DNA of 64,000 nucleotides, taken from Harriotta raleighana (Eukaryota). The stretch covers positions 803,475 through 867,474 of the forward strand of contig JBNZDD010013682.1 of the NCBI GenBank assembly GCA_050575255.1, in the 5' to 3' direction. Position numbers and translations under genes: made by a program. A model generated the notes under the pieces. It worked only from the letters and a program-made list of their open reading frames with translations. It was not told the origin of the DNA and searched no databases. Numbering within the stretch: the stretch's first letter is position 1; each line of letters opens with the position of its first letter. Positions 25,396 to 64,000 of the stretch are shown here, piece by piece.

Positions 25396-26394
25396 CAAGA
25401 CTGGATGCTGGATTCATTGGCATTTTCAAGACCGAGGCAGATAGATATTTTTAAATTAAGAGCACTAAGAGTCACTTAGCTCAGTCAATTCACTTAATAT
25501 ATTCTGTGAAGCACTTTGAGAGATCTAGAAGACATGAAAAGCGCTACTTCAAAGGGAAAGATTATTATTATCATGTCGCACGGGTGAGTAGCTGGATTTC
25601 AATTACCGATCATTCAGTTCATATAATGGCAGAACAGGCTTGAGAGACTGAATCGCTAACCCTACTCCTGTTTCTGTGTTCTAAACCTGATCTAATGGCA
25701 CCATTTTAAAAGCAACCAATTTGTTTTGCCCGAAGAAACAGTTGTTCTTGTCGCTACATCCTGGAGTCCCTCCGACTCGCTCGTGTCATCGTTTTCCAGC
25801 TTCCTGCACACATAAGAATTGTAATACTAATTATTGTATTTGATATAGGCCCTCATCATGGTTTCGAGACGTCCCAAAGCACTTCACAGAATATACTATG
25901 AAGTGAATCGACTGTGTTTTTTTGGGCGAAATGTGGCAGCCGACTTTCCAGCGGAGTCCCGCAAAGTGATTTTAGGCTTTGTTGTGAAATGTGTAAAAGG
26001 AGATTTCCATAGACAGGACGTCCACACTGTATGCAGATTTCTGCTCTCACATAGGAGGGCAACACAACCCCTCTTCCACTCCCACTGCAGAACGAGGGAG
26101 TCCTGGGGGCAATAATATCAATCTTTGCATTTGACATATAGCGCCTTATAACATCTTCAAGACATCTGAGCACAGGATATACTGTAAAGTAGTGACTGTA
26201 TTTTGTGGGCTAACCAGCCCTTAGCAGGGGTGAGCGGGTGGAAGGACAGTTTGTGTTCAGCAATTGTAATTCATGCCAAAAGTTTACTGCTTTTTCAACA
26301 AAATTACATTTGTACAGCATTGTTAGGATGTCCCAATCAGTGTATCGGATCCCGATTTCAGTAACAGACTCGTGCTCTGGTGAGGTGCATTCTA

Positions 26395-26701
26395 ACAATC
26401 TTGCAATCGATATAGCAGTTTTTATGTCTTCCAGACATCTCAAAGTGCTTCACAGGATGTACCATAAGTGAAAGGATTATATTTGTGGGCTGAAATTTAG
26501 CAGCCCATTGCACACAGCAGTGTCCCACAAATAGTCATGGATTGAAATGATCAAATTTTATTATTGTGATATTTTTGGAGGGATTATTATTAGGCGTGTG
26601 GAGTAAGGAAACTTGCCAAGGTTTCGCCCTAACCTGCCTGGATTCGAACACAGGTTTCACACTTGTATGACGAGTGCTTTCACCACTGAGCTACAGACTC
26701 C
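26395..26701 (-). mobile_element. tRNA-headed SINE
   Basis: Family head, body and tail. Confidence 0.82.
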
Positions 26702-26879
26702 ATGGGTTTGTCCTGTATACAGGGACCTGAAATGAGATTACAGAACACAAACATGGAAATATGTCACCTGTAGGAACTTGTTCTGATAGAATCTAAGTTT
26801 GGAATAGTTAGAGAAAGTTCTGGTTAGCAGAAGAATTCTCACTAGTTTCCAAGCGCTGTAATCTTAAGGCATCCATGTA

Positions 26880-28816
26880 CTGTACATCAAACTGTTATTT
26901 ATTGCAAAATGAATTCTGTATTTGTGTCACTACTGTTTGTAATATCATTCCTGATGATGTTACATTAAATCAGTTTCTTTATTGCCTCTTCCTCATACAA
27001 TAAACCACAATGTCAGCCTACTCTTGGTAAATCTATGTAGCACAGCAATGACAAAATAATGCATTTCGTACAATCCTTGCAAATAAAGTACACAATCCTT
27101 AAAATAGCAGACTACAGAACCACTATTGACACGGTAATTCAGGGAAATTCTAGCAGATTACATTACATATTTCAAACACAATTAACTTTTTAAAAACCAG
27201 ACAATTAAGGAAAACTGAATATTGTACACACACGTGATTGATTTATTTAATTTTGGTACCGCATCCAGTCGCCAGCTGAAGAAATTACAATACTAACAGT
27301 AAACTGTACTACAGTATATATAAAGCTGAAATGCACACGGGTCTACAGAACAAAGATATATTGTAGAGCATTTAAAGTGTCATTAAACTGTTTCACATTT
27401 TGACTGACGTAGGGAAAAAGGCAATATCAAATCCATCTATACACAAACAGAATGTTGCATTGACATGTTTTTGCACTAAAGCGAATATCACATGTTACAA
27501 TAATCAATATTTGTACGTAGTATCTCTTACTAACCAGTTGAGAAACAAATTGCAATACTGCAGAGCCATTAGATGAAGTCCAAACATTATTTGTATTGAA
27601 TGCATTGTAATTTAAGTTGCTCACATAAGCATTATAAGAGCACAACACACACACGAACAAGTCCAATAAAATTCTAACCTCACAATTTTAACCTTTTGTT
27701 AATGAAAATCAGCCTTTAAAGGAAGAGGACCAATGGTTTAAAAGAGTGTCTTTAGAAAATATAGGCAAAGAATACAAGGAATATAAATGTAGATTTTTTT
27801 TCATTCATGTATTTAAAATTGTAATTCATTGTAAAGGAACACAAGCAGAATGCGTTACCAAACATAACAGATCAATATCGATTATAATCAGATTTTTCAT
27901 CTACCGCAAAAATATAGATCAGGGAAATAATCAATCAGTTTGCTATATAAAGCAATTTTCTCTCAATTTTCCAATTTTGATCGTAATTGAATAGAACAAA
28001 TCCGTGTGCCACATATTTACGATATTCTGGCATAAACAGCAAATCTAGTTAATCATTCATTTTGATTTCATTTAAATTATTTGATATAAATTACGATTAG
28101 CAACAAAATTACTGCCATAATCACACAAACATGACTCAAATATGCACATCTTTAAATATAGGCAAGCAGGGCTCAAATTCAATAAGTATGTCCCATAGAT
28201 CAGATGAGCTCTATTTATATAAACATCAAGTGCTTGATTTTGATTTCTTTCTGTATTGCTGATAAAATACCAAAGCATCAACTCAACACAAAATTCATCA
28301 CATTTTCCATATACAAAAATATCCTAGTTATACAGAATTTCCATAAAGTCAAATTGTGTATAGTTGACAGTATGTAAATTGTTACACCAAATGCCTTAAT
28401 AGCCAGGCTGCCTCCGTTTTGGGCCATCAGAATGAGGTGAAGTTGCGTGATGCACTTTAGGATCAGGAGAAGGGATTGGTTTCATCTCCACTCGATACCA
28501 ATCTGCATTATTCATTAATTTAATTATATTTTACAAACATACTAGGAAAGAGAATGTAAACAAATAAACTTCCCGTCAACTACCACTGTAAACTTATCTC
28601 TGCAAGTCGTAATATGCTGTCGGTACCAACAGATTTGGGTTTCATTTCGGGAACAGTTGGATTTGTGGATTCCACACTTATTTCACAATAATACTCTTTC
28701 ATCTTTAAATCCTTACAATGAAAAGAACACAGACATGGGCATAACATCTGATGGAGTGTGCACAGAATGTTCCACTGAAGCAATTTACTTCTAATAATTT
28801 TTTTTTGGGGGAAACT
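26880..28816 (-). other. ATP6V1B2: Probable ATP6V1B2 3' UTR with candidate poly(A) signals
   Basis: About 1.9 kb of AT-rich sequence after the stop with no recognisable SINE or LINE. Minus-strand AATAAA occurs at 27242-27247, 26978-26983 and 26898-26903. The true 3' end cannot be determined. Confidence 0.55.
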
Positions 28817-57149
<28,333 letters not shown>

Positions 57150-57445
57150 CTTTCTTTCCTTCTCGAGTTTCTCTCTCTCTCCAGCCCCCCTCCCCGTCAC
57201 GTGACCTCGCTCACGTCCGCCTCCTGCACGCACGCACGCGCAGATTCAGACGTACAGGCCTTTGCGTGCCGTACCGCCCGCTTTACGCACGACGAGGACG
57301 CCGACGCGTGACGCGCGCTTTACGCAGCACGTCACCGCCGCAGTGCTTGACGTCTTGACGTCGGCTGGTGTGAGGGGAAGGGGGGTAGAGTACGCATGCG
57401 CCTATCCAGCCCCATTCCCAAGCACTGCTTGATCCTCATTAGAAC

Positions 57446-57631
57446 AATCATCCCTGCATTTGTTATAGTAATAATCTTGCATTTGACATAATAATTCTTG
57501 CATTTGATACAGTAATAATCCTCGCATTTGATATAATTATAATCCCCGCATTTGATATAGTAACAATCTTTGAATTTGATATAGTAATAATTCTTGCATT
57601 TGATATAATAACAATCCTCGCATTTGATATA
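57446..57631 (-). repeat. Tandem array of a ~24-bp SINE-tail unit
   Basis: About 8 degenerate copies of AATCCTTGCATTTGATATAGTAAT. Confidence 0.88.
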
Positions 57632-57750
57632 GTGCCTAATCACATCTTCTGAAAGTCTCAAACAGCTTCACAGAATACACTGTAAAGTGATTTGACTGCA
57701 TAGTTTGTGGACAAAACTTGACAGCCAATTGAGCACAGCTGTGTCCTGCA

Positions 57751-58091
57751 AATAATAATAATAATAATAATCCTTGCATTTGATATAGCGCTTTTCACAT
57801 CTTATCAACGTCCCAAAGCGCTTCACAGAATATACTGCAAAGTGAATTGACTGTATATTTGTGGGCGGAATGCGGCAGCCAATTGCGCACAGCAGCGTCC
57901 CCCACAAACAGTCATAGATTGAAATGACCAATTTTATTATTGTGTTTTTTTTTGGAGGGATTATTATTAGGCATGTGGAGTAAGGAAACTTGCCCAAAGT
58001 TTCGCCCTGATCTGCCTGGATTTGAACACAGGTCTCATGCTTGTAAGGCATGTAAGGCGAGTGCTCTACCCACTGAGCCACAGGAGCTCCA
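57751..58091 (-). mobile_element. tRNA-headed SINE, young copy upstream of the promoter
   Basis: Full length, nearly identical to the 52840 copy. Confidence 0.88.
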
Positions 58092-58859
58092 AATAGTCAT
58101 GGACTAAGAGACCCAATTATTATTATTCATTTTTTGTAGGGTTCATCTACTCTGATAAAAGTAATGATCCTTACATTTGCTGGTGTGCTTTAATGTGAAC
58201 ATGAAAAAAAATCTACCAAGGAAACAAAGCAGTTTATAATAAAAGTTAAACATTTAAAGTGTGTTGCAATTGTCAAGGTGCATGTTTGAGAGCTGCACAG
58301 TCCTCCCAACAAATATCTATCCATCTTAGGGGCATACGCTACTAGATGCTAAATTGTTCAGGGTGCAAAGTGAATGACATGAGTGGAAGAGGGCAAATGC
58401 ATTCTTTATGTCCCTTTTAACAAAAAGCTAGAAGGGAGCATTGAACAGAGTTCAGAAACACCTTGAAGGCAAGGGTGCGGTTTGTTGTCACAGAAACCAG
58501 TCCTGTAGAAATGCCAATACCTTTCACTTAGAGGGAAGGAAAACAATTGCTGTGTGTTCGTAGGGCACCACATTGTGCGCCTAGTTATTGGTAGCCACCC
58601 AGAAGTTTTGTGTCTTGATTTATTCCTTCTGATTCTAATTGTTTGGAATGGGGGAATAATAAAGCTTTCTAATAGAAGATGTGTTGAGGCACATGAATGT
58701 TTCCGGGGTGCATTTACCTTATTTTTGGTCAACCAATGGTCAACCAACACACAGAAATTCTTTGCATGTTCAAAAAAGAACAGTCCCATCTAAGAAGAAC
58801 TCAGAGAAGCTGAGTTTTTGTTTGTCGGTTCTGCATTGCCCAGCCTGGTTGACAATGCC

Positions 58860-59385
58860 CAGACAACAACAACAACCAACAAAATTACACTTGTATAGAT
58901 TAGCGGCTTTCACATTAGTAGGATGTCCCAAGGTGCTGGACAGTCATTGTTTCAGACCTGAGCTGGGGTCAGGAAGGGGAGGGTGGAGGGAAAGGGGGGG
59001 ATTTGGGGTGACCTATAGGACCATCGAAGAGGAGGATCTTGAGCTAGGAGTTGAAGGGGGCAAGGGAGGGGGCAAGGTGGAGGGACTGTTGGATGGAGTT
59101 ACAGAGGTTATGGGCACTATGGCTGAAGGCTCGCCCACCAATGGTAGATCGGGGGAGATGGAGCAGGCCAGAGTCTGTTGAGCGGAGCGGATAGGCAGAT
59201 TGGTAGGGAGTTAAGAGGTCACAGCAGTAGGGTGGGGTAAGACCATGGAGAGCTTTGAATGTGAGGACCAGGATCTTGAATTGAATCCTCTGGGTCATGG
59301 GGAGCCAATGGAGTTGGGCGAGGATGGGGGGATGGGGTCACAATGCTTGGAGTGGTAGAGGACACAGGCCACAGAGTTCTGGATT
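58860..59385 (-). mobile_element. L2-like LINE 3' fragment
   Basis: QRIQFKILVLTFKALHGLTPPY...GGRAFSHSA. Confidence 0.88.
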
Positions 59386-59998
59386 ACAGATCACAGGTGT
59401 GCACTGGCAGAAACTAAAATATTACAGCTAGGGCATACACAAAATACACACATGATCTGATTTAGGTCAAATAGAAAGGAAGATAAGAGAACAGAGAAGA
59501 AAATAACAGTCTCCGGTCCTCCAAAGTGCTTCAATCTAAGGATATGGATCTAACTTGTTCAAAGAGAGGGACAAATACACATAGTTCATTATAATCCATG
59601 CTACAACTCTATCTGCCTTCCATATTCCTGAGGAAATCAACAACTTATATTTATATAGTGCCATTCATGCTTGGTAGCATCCTGAAGTGTTTACCACTAT
59701 CTATGACTTATTTGGAAACATCTATGCTCACCTGCTCTAGGAAAAATATATGGCCCATTAAATGTGTTTGGGATGTCAGCTGGATTTGTCTTCTGATATT
59801 GAACTGTTATGGGGATCATTGCTGTAATTCATTATCTTTAACAGAGCGTAAATACTAAATTTATATATTGACTGGGTGAAATCTGGCAAAGTGAAATTTG
59901 CTGTACAGTATCTTGGGAGTCAATGCATTATTAAAAGCTGGTCAATGTGTCTCTCACTGACCATTTGTATTAGCACTTTGAGACATCTCTATTTGAAA

Positions 59999-60305
59999 TG
60001 GAGACCTGTAGCATAGTGGTTAGCATGCTCATCTCTCAAATGAGAGGACCCAGGTTCGATTTCCAGGTGGGGCGAAACATTAGACAGATTTCCTTATACC
60101 TAGCAGTAGGTTATTCGATTGGCAGATCACTTTCCAGAGCAATAATCCCCCCAAAAAAATGTAGTTGCTCAATCCACAACTGTATATGGGACACTGCTCT
60201 GCACAATTGGCTGCCACAACTTGCCCACAGTCAATCTACTGATATATTGTGAATCACTTTGAGACAGCTCAAGGACGCGAAAAGGCACCATATCAAATGC
60301 AAGAA
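59999..60305 (+). mobile_element. SINE, internal-segment variant
   Basis: TGTAGCATAGTGGTTAG head, GGTTCGATTTCC B box, ACCTAGCAGTAGG segment. Confidence 0.75.
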
Positions 60306-61139
60306 TTGTGAATGAATCAATTGGTCAATTTGGAATCGCAAAGGTATTGACACCAGAATTGCTCAAGTGTATGGGATTCACTACCTTCTGCGGATTTTAT
60401 TATTTGTGTTCAACAGGAGGAATGATTCTATCTGACAAAAGGAAACGTCAATGACTTCAACAGCTCATGGAATTGAAGATTTTATTTTATTGCGAGATTT
60501 ATTGACTTCAAATAAACCTGTACCTTCAAAGCACTTTCAAAACAGGCGCAGGTGCCAGGCAGCCAAGGTCAGTTGCCTGTGTTGTGAAGAAGGAGTGGAT
60601 TTGTGGGTTTCAAGCACTGTTTAGATGCAGCATTTTAAATTACCTTCTTCGAGGATTGTCAAAAGATCGAATTCAATGACAGCATGTAGCTGGCACTATC
60701 TTCACGCTGTAAGTAAAATGAGACTAAACTCCAAAAAGCACGAACTCACTGAGAAGCAAATTGAAGAAATGAAGGTCACTTTTGAATTTTGGGGAAGTTG
60801 CTGTAATAATACTGTTTTTACGGTAACGGGGTTGCGCCCCATTCAGGAAACATACAGATTGGATTGAAAGCAATTTATAGACTTGATACTATCGTTGAGG
60901 GGGAAGTGAAAGTGACAGCATTGATGGAAGTCTGCCGCTGTATCAAGTTAATTTTGATTCAAATTTCACAGATGAGATCAAAATTCAAGTACCATAATAG
61001 TAAAATGCAGTGGTCAACTTATAGAAATCAAGGTGGAAACAAGCATTTCAATTGCACTCATTTCAGAGAATGTTTCGAGATGCAACGGACAGCAGATTAA
61101 ATGTGAAAAGTAATCGAACACTTGCAGGAAGTTTACTAA

Positions 61140-61545
61140 GCTGAGGGCCAAGCAATGGGGCCGGCCCAGGGATCTGATTATTGATCTACCATTTGTCAGT
61201 TGGGATACTACCCTCGGCCCGACTGCAGAAGGGAGGAGATGGTGGTTTGGAGAAATTGGAGTGGATACTCTTGCTGTTAGTCCCTGGGTAGTTAGTCCCT
61301 GTCACAGCGCTCGGTGCTGAATGGCCTCTTCACGGGAACTCACAGTGAAACCTATATCGAGTGTGTCTGGAGAATCATAAACTCAGTAAAGGAAGCCCTT
61401 TGGCATCCTCAAAACCAAGTGATCATCCGGCAGAATGAGGCGACACTGAGGACATGTCTCAGGCCCGCACATGCTAGGATCAGGGAATACGTTTTGAGGG
61501 ACAAGCTGAAATTCAGGTCAGCTATGGCAAAGGCCAGATGGGGCC
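61140..61545 (+). mobile_element. Tx1-like (L1 clade) ORF2 C-terminal fragment, followed by a CR1-type 3' end to about 61685
   Basis: LNGLFTGTHSETYIECVWRIINSVKEALW...EYVLRDKLKF...AKARWG resembles the recalled Tx1 ORF2 end. Confidence 0.7.
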
Positions 61546-61899
61546 TGATTCCGGCACGAGATATAGGGGATATGGGGATAGGGCAGGTAATTAGAGTTAG
61601 GTCAGAAGATCGGCCTTATTGAATGCCGGAGCAGGCTCGACGGGCCAAATGGCCTACTCCCGCACCTAATTCTTATGTTCTTATGAAATGATCCTGTGCA
61701 AAATGCTCAGGACACATTCACCGGGTAGTACATGAATGGCCCCAAGACAGTATTTTTTTAAAAAGCGTAAAGGTGCAGAAGGACACTCGACATGTAATCA
61801 AAGAGTGTCCAGGTATGTATGTGTATGTATGTGGGTGTGTACGCATGTACATATGCCTGTACACATGTACGTATGCATGTACACATGTAAAATACAGTG

Positions 61900-62188
61900 T
61901 ATAATAATAATTCTTGAATTTGATATAGCGTTTTTTTTATCTTCCAAACGTCTCAAAGCGTTTCACAGAATATACTGTAAAGTGAATTGACTGGATATTC
62001 GTGGGCAAAACGTGGCAGCCAATTGCACACAGCAGTGTTCCAATAACATCTGTGGATTGAGTGACCAAAGTATTATTTTTTTCTTATCAGGAGTAAGGAA
62101 ACTTGCCCAAAGTTTTGCCCTGTCACCAATCGAACCCAAGCCTCTCGCTCGTGAGGCGAGCGCTTTAATCACTGAGCTACAGAACTCC
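61900..62188 (-). mobile_element. tRNA-headed SINE
   Basis: Family head, body and tail. Confidence 0.82.
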
Positions 62189-62599
62189 TTTGATGGACAA
62201 GGTTCATTAGTGTTCATTCAGAATTCCCCCGTACCTTACCCCTCCCCCTGCACTCTATAAATGTAATTCTGTTGTTGTTGTTACATTAACCCCTTCATGC
62301 TACACAAGGAATCCTACTATTGCTGGTAATATATTAGTAACCTGGTTTCACAGCCAAACCCAAGTTAATTAAGTTTGCAGAGGACACCAAGGTGGGCAAA
62401 AGATGCAGCAATACTTTTCCAAAGAGAACTGCAAAGAATATGCCGATGGGCAAACAAGATTCAGTACAACAAATTACAAGGCACTGCATTTAGGAAGCAA
62501 AAATCAGAGCCAAGAATATTAAGCCTTGCAATTGAAAAAGGCTACGATGTCAAAAGGTCCCCAAATTTCTGTAAAGGTCAGTCACTATAAGCGAACACA

Positions 62600-64000
62600 G
62601 CAGGCAATTTGTGCACAGTGAAACACCACAAATGTTGCATATTGCTTTAATGGCATGAGTGCCAATTGAATATGGAGGATACAAGTGTAAGAGGATTCTG
62701 GGAAGAATGATGTGCAGATTTTGAAAAAGGTTGATTTGTAGAGTTCAAATAAAGTACTGAGCGAATATACGTTGTGCTTCAGATTAAATAACATTACCTG
62801 GTGTCAGAAGTGAAAACAAAAACTGGAGTGAAACTGACTACGAGATGGAATACGGACTTGAAAATGCAGAGAGAAGCAGAGTTAAAGGTATGTGCAAATA
62901 CCAAGACCACTGGGGTTGTTTGGAAGTTTAAGGCAATGGTTTGAAAGAAAGAGACTTTAACATTTTGGGATTAGCAGCAAACATAATGAAACTGCCACAG
63001 GCACAGCAGTCTGCGATATTTTTGAATGTGGAAGGCGAGGAAGCAAGGGAATATTTTTCAACCCTAGAAAGAGATGTGGATATGCCATTGAATAAGATGG
63101 TGAATATTATGTGGGAACGATATTAAGGAAACAGCAATGTGGTAATTGACCGATTTAAGTTTGGAACAAAAAAGCAGGGAGGCATCGAATCATTTAATCA
63201 GTACTGTTCGGTACTGAGAACCCTAAGTAAAAATTGCAACTATGGGGCATCAAGAGACAAAATAATATGTGACCAAATGGTAGTTGGAATAAACGATACG
63301 AGATTGGGATGAAAGCTTGTGAGAAAAGGGGACCTGACGTTGGAGATAATAAGAATCGAAGAGGTGACAAAAATAAATATGAGAGAAATGGAAAGAGAAG
63401 TGGAAATAGATGAACTAGCCAACAGGCAAAGTTGGGATGATACAGATGAAGAGTAGCGAGAGCAGAGAATATACAGGCCAAGAGGGAGGCCTAACGCAAT
63501 GGACAAATGTGCCAAGTGTAGATTAGAACATCATATGGGGAGATGTCCTACAGAAGGAAAAGAAAGCTGGCAATGCAAAGGATATGGCCATTATGTAAGA
63601 TTATGCAAGAGTAGGCAAGAAAATATAGGGAGATATAGCACAGGAGAAAAGTCAAACAGAAAAAAAAAAGTATAAGAGGTCAAATAAACTACGGAGAACC
63701 AGAATTGGGCAAGCTAAATCAGCTAAGTATGAAAAGAGAGACAGCTCAGATAAAGAATCAAGAGAAAGTGAACAAGACGAGTACAACATGGAAGCAGTGG
63801 AATTAATAAAGGCTGTACACACAAAAGAAAAAAATGAGTGGAAGGTAAACTTCTGATGTAAAGAAAGTAATTCAGTGCAAATTAGATACAGGACCACAGG
63901 CCAGTGTAATGGCATGGGAAGAATATATAAAATTGGGAGAACCAAATAGGGAAAACATGGAGAAAGTGAAAGGTAAACTAATGGCGTATAACAAAGGGAA
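62600..64000 (+). mobile_element. Decayed Gypsy LTR retrotransposon, 5' part (LTR end, PBS, gag, protease)
   Basis: PBS TGGTGTCAGAAGTG at 62799-62812. Gag-like NCNYGASRDKIICDQMVVGIND, Cys/His knuckle CAKCRLEHHMGRCP...QCKGYGHYVRLC, and protease KLDTGPQASVM near 63880. In-frame stops are present. The LTR start is not located. Confidence 0.85.

Noticed and set aside
25740-25805. CpG-rich exon-like stretch (KLENDDTSESEGLQDVA on the minus strand)
   Set aside because: There is no convincing donor, no recognisable homology and it is surrounded by repeats; I cannot support it.
57150-57233. 28-aa N-terminal extension of ATP6V1B2
   Set aside because: It starts at GTG, runs through the promoter CLEAR site and has no similarity to B-subunit N-termini.
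57446-57631. CRISPR-like regular repeat array
   Set aside because: The units are contiguous with no unique spacers, match the local SINE tail, and the context is eukaryotic with no cas genes.
60360-61100. Possible decayed coding or transposase sequence
   Set aside because: Only short ORFs with no motif I can identify; needs a BLASTX or Dfam search.

Overview
Eukaryotic, repeat-rich vertebrate DNA. The repeat families (Deu-domain SINEs, CR1, L2, Tx1, palindromic Penelope-type relics) suggest a cartilaginous fish; this is inference. There are two spliced genes, both on the minus strand. (1) A complete 14-exon V-ATPase V1 subunit B2 gene (ATP6V1B2; CDS 57149 to 28817, 1515 nt, 504 aa, all introns GT-AG), with a CpG-island promoter carrying a perfect CLEAR palindrome. 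(2) Downstream of it, the 5' part of a shootin-family gene (six coding exons from 16023 to 1072, continuing off the left edge). It shares the SHTN1 exon layout but is divergent and is probably a paralogue. A 2597-bp exact duplication across a 10-N gap (14033-16629 / 16640-19236) is probably an assembly artefact and duplicates one shootin-like exon. The rest is SINEs, LINE fragments, Tigger/pogo and hAT MITEs, simple repeats and a decayed Gypsy element at the right edge. Comparisons with human proteins and repeat consensuses are from memory, not from a search. Repeat boundaries are approximate.
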